This document shows positions 43,970 through 55,993 of a DNA stretch of 64,000 nt, piece by piece (position 1 is the first letter of the stretch; every line of letters begins with the position of its first letter). The stretch is from an uncultured delta proteobacterium. Its GTDB lineage: Bacteria > Myxococcota_A > Polyangia > Fen-1088. Both the position numbers and the translations under genes were made by a program. Location: NCBI GenBank assembly GCA_963796685.1, contig CAWCMR010000011.1, positions 224,001 to 288,000 on the forward strand, given 5' to 3'. The notes beneath the pieces were generated by a model. It was not told the origin of the DNA. It did no database searches and saw only the letters and a list, made by a program, of their open reading frames with translations.

Positions 43970-44141
43970 GCCTCCAGCCGGCCTCGGGCAGTCGGAGGAC
44001 TGAGAACCATCTTCGCCCCCAGCAACAGCGCGGCGGCGGCTTCGGTGTTGAGGACGTTCAAACCCGGATGACGTCTCATTGTGCGACAACGTGAACGTTG
44101 TCGATTTCGTCGGTCTTTCTTGGCTAGGGGAGTCGGACTCT

Positions 44142-44356
44142 TCAGCCCGGCGATTTGCTTCGGCGTAGCCACCGCTTGGGTGGCGGATAGACGAACCTGG
44201 CAATCGTCGCCAACACCCAGGAGAGGGCAGCCCACGAACACGAGCAGAATGTTGTGGAGCCTTCCGTTCTTCGCCTTCACAGCGGCGAGTGCAAGGAGAT
44301 CCCCGCGCCAGGAAACAGCCGATGCTGTAGACCCAATAGTTCTGCTGCTTCAACAT
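44142..44356 (-). CDS. Small membrane protein (frameshifted)
   Basis: NYWVYSIG..ILLVFVG..WVLATIARFVYPPPKRW across frames. Confidence 0.55.
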
Positions 44357-44847
44357 GTGTCGCGACTCCTCTCGTCAGTCAACAGGCCAAGCGTCTTCCC
44401 AGGAAGCGATCATTCTCGACACGATCATCGTCCTATGAGGAGGCTGTACCCCGTTGCCGATCGGGGATGCTCGCGGCCGAACGCACGACGAGCGGATCTG
44501 AAATCGCTGGTCGTGAACGGAACCATAAACGTGCCGGTCCCGATTGGGGTCGGGTCCGGAGCCGACCGAGGCGCGGGAATCCTGATTCGGGGATGCGCCG
44601 GTGATTGAGGCAATATCTCCAGCATATGCCGGTAATCGGTGATCCCGACGCCGGTCCTCCATCAACGCCGACCAGGGGTCGGCATTGATGGGAGGGTGAA
44701 CCGCTCGCGAGCGGCAAGCGGTCAGCTGTCCCGGCCAGGAGCGGTGTACACGTGACCCGGCTGATTAGGGGTCTGGAGAAGATCGGCATTCGGTCCGAAC
44801 GTCGGCGACTGGTTTTCGGCGTGAGGCTCAAGGGGCATGCTGTATTG

Positions 44848-45524
44848 GTGGCTTCCCACAGAGCGATTCGGACAAGAGTTCAACCGGTAGGAGCCGGGGA
44901 GACCTGCCGCCGGATTCTGGTTGCCCTCCCGAAGTGGTTCGGCATCCCAGCTTCAGTTGAGGATTACGTCGCCACCGCCAATCGGTCTCCAACTGTCATT
45001 GGTTCACTCGGAGATGCCGATGTGGGGCTTCTCACGCTCGTGAGACATAGCCACTACGCCGCCGAGATCTATGTGATGGCCGTGCTGCCGGAGGTGCATC
45101 GCCAGGGCATCGGGCGGGCGCTGCTCAGGCACGCCGAATCCATATTGGCTGCCGACGACGTGGAGTTTCTTCAGGTCAAGACTCTTCCTCGAGCAAGGCC
45201 GACGACGGGTACGACAAGACACGTGCCTTCTACCTCGCTTGCGGCTTCCGGGCACTAGAGGAGTTCCCAGACCTGTGGGGACCTGAGAACCCGGCTCTGC
45301 AGATGATCAAGGCGGTCCCTCCACCGGCAGGCGTCGATGGTGCCGAACCGACACGTGCTCAAATCGGCCGCCCCAAGACGGGTGAACTCGAACAACCAGT
45401 CCACGGGTTTAACGGTCGTGAGGCCAGCGGTTTAGGCGGCCTCGAACCAGTCCCGACTCGGCCCGTCGGGGGCCGAGCACGGCGGACGGATTCAGCGCAT
45501 CGATGGGACCATCGACGGTCATAG
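44848..45524 (+). CDS. GNAT N-acetyltransferase (frameshifted)
   Basis: LPKWFGIP, HRQGIGRALL, LQVKTL, TRAFY..GF..LEEF..NPALQMIK. 3' end uncertain. Confidence 0.82.
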
Positions 45525-45572
45525 GTCGTTTGAGCTCGGGCTAAATGCTGGACGAGCGCCGCAGATACGCTC

Positions 45573-46047
45573 TCAGACGGAACCTTCCCCCGCGTCCAAC
45601 GTATCGAGCAACACCCTCAGTGCCGAGAACGCCGCCTCCCCGAGTTCAACACGCAGACGCGTTCTCGATCGCCCGGGCTGCGGCGCGCTGGCGCGCCAGA
45701 TAATCGATCCCTCGGGGGGTCAAGGTTACCGACCTCTCCCTCTTGCTGGTCGTCGAATCGGCCACCGCGACGTAGCCGCCATCAAGAAGACTTGCAACGA
45801 CCTTGCTAGCACCCTGCCGAGTGATGCCGAGTTCGCGTCCGATGGCGGAGATGGTTGATCCCGCCTCACCCGAGCACACGCGCAACACACGACCGTCGGG
45901 AAACCTGCGCTCGCCGAACCCCGCTTCGGCCATGGCATGGTCGAGGCGAAGCTGATAGCCGAGCCAGGCCCGCCGGAGTGCCCCTCCCAGGCCGGGTGAT
46001 GCCGACGGACCGTTCGATGCGTCGGCGTCGGGTGCCACGAGAGACAT
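45573..46047 (-). CDS. MarR family regulator
   Basis: TISAIGRELGITRQGASKVVASL..GYV..RERSVTLTPRG; frameshift near the 3' end. Confidence 0.82.
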
Positions 46048-46118
46048 GTTAGCAAACTGTGAACTTAGTTGACAGTGTGTCCATGGCGCCCGATACTTCG
46101 AGTATGCGGCGGGAGGGG

Positions 46119-47677
46119 ATGCACGATTCACCGAAGATCAGCACGACGAGGCGCCACGGCCGCCGTCGTCTCGAGCGGCGTCGCTGTCATGGCGCTGGCA
46201 CTCAGCGCCTGTAGCGGCTCGCCCTCGGAACCGGTCGCCTCCTCCGAGCGGGTGACCGGCGGTCCGACGGGGCACTACGTGGTGCCGGCGGGGATCCACA
46301 AGATCAAGCACATCATCGTCATCGAGCAGGAGAACCGCTCCTTCGACAGCTACTTCGGCACCTATCCGGGCGCCGACGGGCATCCCGATGCGAGAACGGC
46401 GTGCCGACCGTCTGCGTGCCGGTGCCGACCGGAGGCTGCCAGGCGCCCTACCACGACACCGCCGATGTGAACGGCGGCGGTCCGCACAACGTGCGCGGCC
46501 GCCCGGATCGACGTCGACGGCGGCAAGATGGACGGCTTCGTCTACGCCGCCTCGGGGGTGAAGAAGGGGTGCGGGGCGAACGTCAACGACCCGGCCTGCT
46601 CGAACTCGGCGGCACCCGACGTCATGGGGTACCACACGGCGGCCGAGATCCCGAACTACTGGACCTACGCCAAGGACTTCGTGCTCGACGACCACATGTT
46701 CGAGCCGGTGAAGTCGTGGTCGCTCCCCGACCACCTCTACCTCGTCTCGGGCTGGTCGGCCAAGTGCTCGAGCCCGGCGCCGTCGAGCTGCAGCAACCAG
46801 ATCAAGGGTCCCTACACGCCGCTGCAGATGCAGGAGTACGTGGACCAGGCCATGGCGACCGGGACGGCCGACGGTCACCAACGCCTGGACCGACATCACC
46901 TGGCTGCTCTACAACAAGCACGTCCCCTGGGCCTACTACGTCCAGACCGGGGACCAGCCCGACTGCGAGAACGACGGAGCGGTCGCGTGCGCCCCGGTCG
47001 CCCAGAGCTATCAGACCCCCGGGATCTGGAACCCGCTCCCCCTCTTCGAGGACGTCCAGAAGGACCACCAGCTCCGCAACATCCAGCCGCTCGACAACTA
47101 CTTCACCGCCGCCAGGAAGGGAACGCTGCCCTCGGTCATGTGGATCGCACCCTCCCAGGCCGACAGCGAGCACCCTCCGGCGAGCGTCCACCAGGGGCAG
47201 GCCTACGTCACCGCGCTGATCAACGCCGCCATGAAGAGCCCCGACTGGGACTCGACGGCCATCTTCTTGCAGTGGGACGACTGGGGGGGCTTCTACGACA
47301 GCGCGGTGCCCGCCGGCGGTGGACCAGAACGGCTACGGCCTGCGGGTCCCGGCACTCGTCATCTCGCCCTATGCCAAGCGGGGCTACATCGACTCCCAGA
47401 CGCTCAGCAGCGACGCCTACCTCAAGTTCATCGAGGACGACTTCCTGGGCGGCTCCCGGCTCAACCCCAAGACCGACGGACGCCCGAACCCAGGGCCGAC
47501 GTCCGCGAGGACGAGAAGGTCCTCGGCAACATGCTGCAGGACTTCGATTTCAACCAGAGGCCCCGGGCACCGGTCCTGCTGGCGACCAACCCCGCGACGG
47601 ACTCCCCCACCATCCCGGCGTACTTCAGCGGAAAAGGGCCCTGCGTCGGCTGCACGGCGACGCCGCCGAGCACCTAA
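46119..47677 (+). CDS. Phospholipase C / phosphoesterase family lipoprotein (frameshifted)
   Basis: LSAC lipobox; KIKHIIVIEQENRSFDSYFG, DSEHP, WDDWGGFYD, GLRVPALVISPY. Confidence 0.9.
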
Positions 47678-47744
47678 GGGGCCCGGGGCGGTCCGATGGT
47701 TGCGCCCCGCCCGAGATCGGGCCCTCCGATGCGAGAGTGGCGTT

Positions 47745-48200
47745 ATGACTCCAGAGACGGAAGAAACGCCGAGCCAGGACTTTGACGTCTTGGTGATGCG
47801 CTTCGTTGGGATCGGCCACTTTGCAGTTGACTTCAATCTCTACGGAAGCGTCGGCAGGTACGCAACCCTCACCTTGAGACCAACCGACTTTCGGATACAG
47901 AAGACCAATCGTCACGGCATGCCCAAAGAAGGCAGTGCCGCCTTCCCAACGTTATGGACTTGGAGGTTGACGGAGATTCGCTCTGCACGGGTCTTCAAAA
48001 GTCCGTGGTGGATACGGATGGCCGGGATCAACGCAAGCTACCCGTCTGGAATGGTGTTGGACATGGGAGCTTCGGGTTGGAATCTACTGCTCTTCAGTCG
48101 GCAGTTGGACTCCCTGCTCCAAGCCTTCGGCGATCAAGGCGTGGGCATTGCAAAGAACCCAAGAACGCTCACACCGCTGGTATTTCGCCGCGAGATTTAG
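47745..48200 (+). CDS. Hypothetical protein
   Basis: Clean 151-aa ORF with lower GC than its neighbours; no recognised domain. Confidence 0.55.
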   Translation: MTPETEETPSQDFDVLVMRFVGIGHFAVDFNLYGSVGRYATLTLRPTDFRIQKTNRHGMPKEGSAAFPTLWTWRLTEIRSARVFKSPWWIRMAGINASYPSGMVLDMGASGWNLLLFSRQLDSLLQAFGDQGVGIAKNPRTLTPLVFRREI

Positions 48201-48525
48201 CTATCGCTGGTTTCTTCACGTCCTTTCTGATCGACTCCGAAGGTGCCTCTCGGGACTGCCACATATCAAAGCAAGCCAGAGTCACGCCGGTGGGGGTCAA
48301 CGGCATACTCCTTCGCGGAGCACCCCGGCGAAATGGGTCCGTGATTTCCCGGGAACGTCGCGGAACGCCCTCGATCTCGCAGCTCAGTTGCTCGTGATGT
48401 TCCCCGGGAACGCTGGGGACACGTTCGGGCAATGTCCCCCGTTTCCCCCCACCGTAGGTGGGGAACCCGGAGCGGGACAGAAGCGCAGGACGCCATGGAT
48501 CGCCTCTGCCAGTAGCGCTAGCCTT

Positions 48526-48849
48526 GTGACGGTGCTTGCCAGGGTTCTCACCTTTTACTCCGAGAGCGCAAAGATGCCGGACCTTGTCGAGTCATTGCGC
48601 TCCGAACTCCCGGCGGCATACTCCTCACTCCCGAGCTTTCGTGGGGCGCTTGTCTTGGAGAAGACGGGTGGTAACCACATCATCGCCCTGACGTTGTGGG
48701 AGAGCGAAGACGGATTGAACGACAGCGAGTCCACCGCCGACGCCTTCGCCGATCGAATCGGAGAGGAAATCGGGCACTCGGTGACGCGCAACGTCTACAA
48801 CGTCATTGGATCGATTGGCTTTGGTCCCGACACGAATACGGGTGAGTAG
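48526..48849 (+). CDS. Antibiotic biosynthesis monooxygenase-like protein
   Basis: LPSFRGALVL..IALTLWESED. Confidence 0.7.
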   Translation: MTVLARVLTFYSESAKMPDLVESLRSELPAAYSSLPSFRGALVLEKTGGNHIIALTLWESEDGLNDSESTADAFADRIGEEIGHSVTRNVYNVIGSIGFGPDTNTGE

Positions 48850-48928
48850 CTTGCAGCCACTGCCAAGCAGCTCGCCGAGCCTGTCAAGACAGTGGCCGAC
48901 ACGCCGGACGGGCTGCTCTAAGAGGTGA

Positions 48929-49339
48929 ATGATGCCGGTCATCGTCGTTACTCGGCTCCGACTGAAGGACTCAGCATTCTCGGAAGAGTTCTTCGCGAGC
49001 GCACTTGTGGTCGTCGAGCAGGCGAGCATCTCGGAGGGCAATCTCGCCGCCGATGTTCTCGCCGACGCCAATGACACGTATTGGACACGCACGGCCTGGC
49101 GAGGGCGTGATTCGATGAACGCCTTCGTAGGGGCGGAGCCCCACCTGGGGACGATGGGTCACATCGCAGAGTGGTGCGATGAGGCGACCTTCGTCGACTG
49201 GGACCAGGCAGGTTCGGAGCTACCTGATTGGGAGGCGGGTTATGAGCGCCTTGTCACCGAGGGCCAGGGAGCTAGCCTCACCCATCCCTCCGATGCTCAC
49301 ATGACCCGCGCTTTCCCGGCCCCAGTCGTGCCCTCGTAA
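48929..49339 (+). CDS. DUF3291-like protein
   Basis: GAGGTG RBS; YWTRTAW..SMNAFVGAEPHLGTM..WCDEATFVDW. Confidence 0.75.
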   Translation: MMPVIVVTRLRLKDSAFSEEFFASALVVVEQASISEGNLAADVLADANDTYWTRTAWRGRDSMNAFVGAEPHLGTMGHIAEWCDEATFVDWDQAGSELPDWEAGYERLVTEGQGASLTHPSDAHMTRAFPAPVVPS

Positions 49340-49393
49340 TCATGGCGCACTGAGGACGATGTTCGCCGAACCCCGACTCCAGGAGGAAACCCC

Positions 49394-49817
49394 ATGACCC
49401 CCGAGGACTTCCCCGTCGTGTTCGCCGAAGGTTGGGCTCTGGACAAACCCGGACCGTTCCTCGACTACTTCCGGCCCCTCATCCACGACAACGCCACGTT
49501 CGTTCAGCCGATGTTTCCTGACGCTCACGGGCCAGCTGAGGTGGAACACATGTTTCGCAAACTGTTCTCGCTCTTTCCCGATCTCCCGCGCCGAAACTCG
49601 GCGCTTTGCGGTTCATGGGGATACCGTGTTCATCGAATCGGAGTGCACCAACAACGTACGAAAGAGAGCCATTCGGTTCACGGTACGCGATCGGTTCGTA
49701 ATTAGCGATGGCAAACTCTTGGAACGCCAGTCTTACTCCGATCCGTTGCCAGTCATCGTTTCTGTTCTCCGACGCCCGACAATGTGGCGTGGTGCCCTTC
49801 GCAGCCGGACGCTCTGA
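49394..49817 (+). CDS. SnoaL-like / NTF2 family protein (frameshifted)
   Basis: AGGAGG RBS; FAEGW, HDNATFVQP, DRFVISDG..ERQSYSDP. Confidence 0.78.
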
Positions 49818-50349
49818 AGCGGCACATATTCGGTGCGGGCTCCCGTGCGCCATTCCGGTTCCGACCGGCGCCTTGCACCAGGCAGGTCCGACCGGGTGAG
49901 CGTACAATGAACCCCGGTGGGCCTTCTACGATCGGCGGCAAGTGAAACTGAGTCCTGGAAGACAACCATCGCCAAGGACATCGGTTTCGTAGCCCTGATC
50001 TCTTGGCCTCTGGCCTTGACATGGGGCTTCCCATTTGAATCTGGACCTGGCGTACTGGTGTGGTTGTCGGCGCTGTCGCTGAGGTTTTGTGGCTAGCAGT
50101 CCTTGCTGTCGTTTACAGCTGGCACCACGGACGCCATTCCGCTCATCAATAACTGGTTCTACGCGAGCCTCGACAACGTCGAGTGCGGAGCGCAGATTCG
50201 GGACTCCCGTGCGCCATTCCGGGGCCGTCCGGCACCGGAACCAGGATGATCCCGGACACCATCAGGGCCGTAGGCTGCGCCGTCAACACGGTGATGCCAC
50301 GGCGATCCTCACATCGGCACATCGCCTGGCCAAGTAGTTGACTGGTGGC

Positions 50350-51017
50350 GTGCCCAGGGTCATCGGAGTGGTACTTGGCGGGTTGTTGGCCACGCTACTT
50401 CTGGCAGCCTGTGGTGCTCCAAGTTCAACCGCTGGCATTGCCACCACCTCGCCATCCACCACCTTGCAACCCACAACGTCGTACACAACCACGACCGTGA
50501 CCACCGCGTCGGCGAACCCTACGCTCACCTGCGATTCGCCTTCCAGTCGGGCGATCTACGACGGCAACGGTCTGCGTTTCGACTACCCGGCTTGCTGGAC
50601 GCCGACCCACAACGACGAGGTGTCGACGTTCTCGACCTCGCTCATCGACCTGAGCAACGAAGCGATGCACGATCCCTGCACGACCACAGGGTCCTCAACC
50701 GCCTGCGGCTGGCCGCTGACCAAGCTCGCTGCCGACGGGGTGTTGGTTCGCTGGAGTTCAAACGGCGGACCAGGATGGAGCCTCCAACAGCACCCGGCAC
50801 GTCGCTGACCGTCGGTGGCCTGCCTGCTCGTGAACAGGTCAGCCAGCCGGGGACTGCGGCTCGATCGGTGCCGACGAGACAATCGCAGTCGAGGCGGCTC
50901 GTACCGTTCCGTGACAACTACTACGCCATGACGGCCTGTCTGCGTGGACCCGACCTAACCCAAGCAGCCTCGCTGGTGCAGCAGATGCTGACGTCGACAA
51001 CCTTTACCTACCCGTAG
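50350..51017 (+). CDS. Lipoprotein (frameshifted)
   Basis: LLLAAC lipobox, Thr-rich linker, LRFDYPACW, ACLRGP..MLTSTTF. Confidence 0.7.
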
Positions 51018-51175
51018 CCGGTTAGCGCCAGTGGAGAAACGGGTACTCGGGAACCGTGCGCCATGCCGGCTCGGACCCGGCGCCGCCTGCACGCTGATCC
51101 CGACCTACGTTGCGCGCCTGTACCGGTGCAATCCCGAATGGTCATGGGTGCTCATGGGGTACAGAATGATGTCCA

Positions 51176-51664
51176 GTGGCGCGGGAGGAAGCTAACCCGG
51201 GCCGTCAGCGGAACGCCGAGATGCTCTCGACCGAGGACATCGAGCAGCTTCACGCAAGGGTGAATCCCCCTAGGCCCGAACCCAAATCGGTTGTCAACTC
51301 GGTCTTCCAGATGGGAATGGCCATCGGAGGGATTTTGCGGCCCTTACGGGACAGGCCAACCAGAACACCCGGCGAGGAAGCCAACGCTCAACAGGCGCTG
51401 CGCTTACCCGGCATCGCACACCTAGTGCTGCTAACAGCCGGTCTCCTTGGCGGCATTCTCTGGCACATCTTCTCGGGCGGGGAGTTGGCGATCGACCTCG
51501 CCGCTGGGGTGGGGTTCAGCATGGTCGGGGCACTGACGCTCATGATGTTGGGCCTCGTCATGGGCGCCTTTGTAAAGGTGATGGCGAGCATGATGCGGAC
51601 GGAGCGGCCAACCGATACGCCTGCTGGTGCTTACTCGTCGGGCTCAACGGCAAGGGCTACTTGA
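51176..51664 (+). CDS. Hypothetical membrane protein
   Basis: Two to three TM segments. Confidence 0.5.
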   Translation: MAREEANPGRQRNAEMLSTEDIEQLHARVNPPRPEPKSVVNSVFQMGMAIGGILRPLRDRPTRTPGEEANAQQALRLPGIAHLVLLTAGLLGGILWHIFSGGELAIDLAAGVGFSMVGALTLMMLGLVMGAFVKVMASMMRTERPTDTPAGAYSSGSTARAT

Positions 51665-51691
51665 CCCCGGCGATACCCGTAACCTGGTGGC

Positions 51692-52351
51692 GTGACCGAC
51701 TGGGCTTCGGCGGCGACGGCAGGGGGAACGTTGGTCCTGGCGGTGGCAACCTTCGCCTCGGTTCGATCTGCCAATCGTGCGGGACGCAATGCCGAGCAGG
51801 CGCTCCAGGTTGGACTGCGTCCCGTACTTTCGCCTCCCGTCCTCACGAGACGGTCCAAAGATCCGGTGGGGAGACGACCACTGGGCCCCTTTGTCGAATG
51901 GCCGCGCCGTTCTCGAGGAAGAAGGCGGCGTCATCTACATGGCCATGTCCCTTCAAAACGTAGGGGCTGGTATCGCAGTCCTGCACGGTTGGAGGATTGA
52001 CGTTTCGGAAATCCTCAATCCGAACGCCTCTCTCGATGAGATGCAAAGCGCGGTACAAGTTCGTCCCGATCCAACCTCCTTCCGTCCGCAGACCCGCGAC
52101 CTGTATTCGCCCCCCGGCGAAGTCAGCTTCTGGCAGGCGGCCATCAGAACCCTCGACGACCCGGACCGGGCTTGCGTGGAAGCGGCAATGGGCGGGCACA
52201 CCCCCTGATCGTCGACTTGCTCTACGGCGACCATGAGGGTGGCCAGCGCACGATCAGCCGTTTCTCGATCACTCGGTATCCCGGTAACGACGATGAATGG
52301 TTTCCCACCGTCGTACGGCACTGGTACCTGGATCGAGACGACCCTCGGTAG
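51692..52351 (+). CDS. Hypothetical membrane-anchored protein (frameshifted)
   Basis: TLVLAVATF..RPVL, LQNVGAGIAVLHGW, DLLYGDHEGGQRTISRF across frames. Confidence 0.65.
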
Positions 52352-52858
52352 GAACCAAGCAGTCTGTCTGGACTAAGCCTTCTTGTGACGTCACCTCTTG
52401 GGAGCTACACAAACGACGCCCCGCTTGGGATGCCGTCGATACGCAGGCATGCCGAACTCACGGCGCTGGCGCATATTCTGTGCGGTCTAAACCGGTCGGG
52501 CACCCGCTCGACCTGTCCGGCGCCGGATCCCGACGGGGGCCGGGTCGACCTGTCAGTGATGACGGTGGCATGCTGTTCCCACCAGATGTGCTGCCGCCGT
52601 CTTCAACAGGGTACGGAAGCCAAGGCTTTCGTCCAATACTCACCGAGGAAAATTTCGGGGCGATCCGACCTGGTCTGTAAACGCAACATCTCCTCCTGAG
52701 CCGCCAGTGGGCGAGTGCGCTGGTGGATAGGTGTGAGCCATGGCGGCTCCGATCGGCGCCCGAGTCAGGTGATACAGACCTAAGGTTGGCGGGGCTGATC
52801 CCCGGGTTGAGGTTCGCTGCCCATTGCGACAGTCGCTAGCTTCTGTGAACCTTCTTCC

Positions 52859-53080
52859 ATGTCGATGTATCCCGGTGGTACCGGGGGAATTGCGGTACTC
52901 AATGGCGGTCCGATGGACGGACGGGAGCACGCAATCGATGGTGATACGGACGAACTCTGTGTTGTCATGACCGATGGTCAGCAGCATCGCTACCGGCGTA
53001 CCATCGACGTTCAAACTCTGCCAGACGGTCTCTCGGCGCCCGTGTTTGCTTGGACAGGTCGCTACTACGGTCCGAAATGA
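52859..53080 (+). CDS. Small DUF5988-like protein
   Basis: AVLNGGPMDG..HRYRRT..VFAWTGR. Confidence 0.6.
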   Translation: MSMYPGGTGGIAVLNGGPMDGREHAIDGDTDELCVVMTDGQQHRYRRTIDVQTLPDGLSAPVFAWTGRYYGPK

Positions 53081-53201
53081 CCAACGCGACGCTGGCCTAC
53101 CCTGTAGCCCGCAGGTGGGGGGTGGGGGCGGACCTGCCTAGGTTCGGAGACACCGTGATGGTTGATCTGGCATCCGACGCTATAACTCGGGCCGATCTTG
53201 C

Positions 53202-53747
53202 TCAGAGGCAGCGTTCGGCGACGATGGGGGCCACGTACCTTGCTGCCGGAGCGTCCTCTGACCCCTCTCCCGGCAACGGGCCCAGGGCGAACTCCACCGC
53301 ATCGAGAAGCGCTCGATTCGTCACGGGCATCCGCGTGGCCCCCCACTCACCTTCAAACAGGGGTGCAAACAGTGTTAGCACCTCGGCTGGAGCTTCGATG
53401 ATGAACGGGGTCTCGGGGTGCAGGTACCGGTGTGCGGCGACAACGTCCCACGAGCACTTGCTGTCAAGAGCGAGCGAAGTAACCACCACGTCGGCATTCA
53501 AAACCAGATCACACTGCCCGGAGGTAACGAGCGGACAAAGCCGACCTCGTGAGCCTGCAGGACCGGGGCACCACGCGACCTCGTACCCGTTTTCTTCAAG
53601 ATGGCGCCAGGACGCGTAGGCCTCGACTACGTCCGGCTCTTGGATAAGTACGCGGGGTCGGGTGTGTCCAGTTCCGACGGCGCCACCTCGGGGCTGCCAA
53701 TGCCGGGCGAAATCCCTTCCGAGCCACCTGTGGTTCCACATTGCCAC
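53202..53747 (-). CDS. Stand-alone receiver-like protein with Cys motif
   Basis: RVLIQEPD, LEENGYEVAWCPGP..CPLV..C..ADVVV, MPVT..LLDAV. Start uncertain. Confidence 0.6.
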   Translation of the reverse strand: MAMWNHRWLGRDFARHWQPRGGAVGTGHTRPRVLIQEPDVVEAYASWRHLEENGYEVAWCPGPAGSRGRLCPLVTSGQCDLVLNADVVVTSLALDSKCSWDVVAAHRYLHPETPFIIEAPAEVLTLFAPLFEGEWGATRMPVTNRALLDAVEFALGPLPGEGSEDAPAARYVAPIVAERCL

Positions 53748-54726
53748 CCTCCTTTGCCAAAACCAGTCCGGGCCCCCTCTGGCAGCATCAACCCGGACCT
53801 TGACGGGCAGTAGAGGCTTTCGTCCCTGACTTCGGATCGACTCCTAATGAGCCTGTGACCTACCCACACGTCCCAGCGACTCGGGCCAAGCGGCGCAGGG
53901 GCATGTGGGCCTATGTCGTCGACGCCCGGTCCCAGGGGCCTCCCGGCAAATCGAGTCGCCCGACATTGTGACCGGGTCCGACCGTTTGCGTTTCGGGGGT
54001 GGCAGGCGAGCACTTCAGCCGGGCGCTCGAACCATAACGGGCGAGCAGGCCGAGGCCTTCCCCCTGAGTCCGAAACGGGTGATGCGCTCCCTTAGGAACG
54101 GAGCCGCGCGAACCGGCTTGAGCATCCTGCTCCCGGGCGATCGCGAGATCGCTGTGGGATCATGGCGCGGGCGAAATGCCGCGCCCGGTGGATTGTCAAC
54201 GGAAGCGTGCAGCTAGGAGGTGATCTCACCTATGACCGCGGAGTCAGCTTCGGATCGTCAACAGCAGTGGGCACTGGTCGTGCGACCACGTCGGGATACC
54301 GGACCTCGCTAGCAATGAGGACGCTCGGGAAGCGCTGATCGGGGCACTCCAGGGCCAGCTTCAGGAGAATGGATGGCAGAGCCTCACACGGGGTACTGCT
54401 GAGCCGATTGTTGACGCTCTAATGGCGTTGGGGGCAAGCGGACATCAAGGCTACCCCTCGCTCCCTCCAGATGTGGCCTATCGACTCATCGACAAGGGAC
54501 TCTCGGTGGTTGACCCCGAGCACCTTGTCTTTGACATGATGTTTGAATACCCCCCAGAGGTTGTCGAGGCAGTTGAGCAAATGCTGGTCCGGGTTAGCCA
54601 ACATCCGCGCGCGAACAACCGCTCGGCGAATGATTCGACCTCACCGCAGCCTGGCTGTCCCTCTCGAAATTCACCGTCACCAGCCCGCTTCGCTCGGCTC
54701 TATCCGATCTCCCAAGGAGTGAAGAC

Positions 54727-55686
54727 ATGACGACGACGCTCCCTTCCCAAATGGCTGCGCTCCTCGCCCGGGAGGAAGACCAAGCTCCTGACCGCATGAG
54801 TGTTGAAGAACGCTCACGGCCGGAACCTCGGATCGGCGACGTCTTGATTCAGGTTGGCGCGGCGAGCTTTACTCCGACCGAGTTGCAGTGGCCGTCGACG
54901 TGGGTGGACCGCTCCGGCAGGGACCGTCGGCCGGTGATACCCGGTCACGAAGTTTCAGGGACCGTAGTCGGCCTCGGATATGGCACCACGGGATTTGGCG
55001 TCGGTGACGAAGTGTTTGGCCTGACCGACTGGTACCGAGACGGTTCCCTTGCTGAGTTCGTGGCAGTGGAGGCCAGGAACCTCGCCACCAAGCCCGATTC
55101 CTTATCCCACGTTGACGCAGCAGCGTTCCCTATGGCCGCGCTCACGGCGTGGCAGGCACTTTTTGTTCACGCCGACCTCAAAGCTGGACAGAAGGTGGTT
55201 ATCCACGGTGCGGGCGGGGGCGTGGGGGCATTGGCCGTGCAGCTCGCAGTCAGCGCGGGTGCCCGAGTGATCGGGACTGGCAGGGCCGAAGCGCGCGACC
55301 TGGTGCTGCACCTGGGGGCAGAGCAGTTTCTCGACCTTGCTCACGACGCGTTGGACGAAGTGAAAGGCGTGGACGTCGTGTTCGACCTAATCGGCGGAGA
55401 TGTCGTCCACCGCTCATGGCCAATGCTTCGACCCGGCGGCTCGATTGTCTCTATTGTCGAGGCACCCAATGCCGAGCGAGCCGACGTGAACAGCCTGCTC
55501 TTCGTCGTCGAACCGAACCGTAAACAACTGACAGAGCTGGCTCGACGAATCGACACCGAATCCCTCCGTCCAGTTGTGGGCAACGTCGGTACTCTGCACG
55601 ATGGACCTCGTCTTTGGGCGGAAAAAATCGCGGGTGGCATACCTGGCAAGGTCGTGCTCACTTCATCGAGCCCTGCCGTGGGGTAA
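54727..55686 (+). CDS. NADP-dependent MDR oxidoreductase
   Basis: AAGGAG RBS; IPGHEVSG, ALTAWQALF, IHGAGGGVG, GKVVL. Confidence 0.92.
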   Translation: MTTTLPSQMAALLAREEDQAPDRMSVEERSRPEPRIGDVLIQVGAASFTPTELQWPSTWVDRSGRDRRPVIPGHEVSGTVVGLGYGTTGFGVGDEVFGLTDWYRDGSLAEFVAVEARNLATKPDSLSHVDAAAFPMAALTAWQALFVHADLKAGQKVVIHGAGGGVGALAVQLAVSAGARVIGTGRAEARDLVLHLGAEQFLDLAHDALDEVKGVDVVFDLIGGDVVHRSWPMLRPGGSIVSIVEAPNAERADVNSLLFVVEPNRKQLTELARRIDTESLRPVVGNVGTLHDGPRLWAEKIAGGIPGKVVLTSSSPAVG

Positions 55687-55993
55687 AGGAGATGTTGGTG
55701 GTGGACGAGGAGCGCACACGAGTGCCAGGGCAGGTGGGCGGTTGCTGTGCGCTCCCCGTGTCCTCGGCTGCGTCCGACAAGTTGCACCGGAGTTGGGAAC
55801 CGGGCCGATTGGCGACCCGCGCAGTACGCGTCCGTGACACGATAGCGGATAGGTCAGATCGGAGATGCGTCCGTGACCTTGGGACTAACTCGGCCTTGGC
55901 AGACGGAGCACCCCGCCCGAGTCTGGGTCAACTCGGTCCCCCGAAACGCTAGGTACCATTCCCGAAGAGGCTGAGGGCAGCGGGAGGGCGGCG

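Noticed and set aside
49343-49374. TGG-N22-GAACCCC intergenic match
   Set aside because: Wrong spacing and little internal similarity.
51032-51056. TGGAGAAACGGGTACTCGGGAACCG, vaguely like a tRNA/tmRNA end
   Set aside because: Spacing is N16 and identity is weak; worth rescoring with a PWM but unsupported now.
53813-53826. DevR-box-like GGGACGAAAGCCTC upstream of the receiver-like gene
   Set aside because: Degenerate; such matches are frequent by chance in GC-rich DNA.
54422-54730. ORF overlapping the MDR start, possibly a hydrolase C-terminal fragment
   Set aside because: No diagnostic motif; cannot be assigned.
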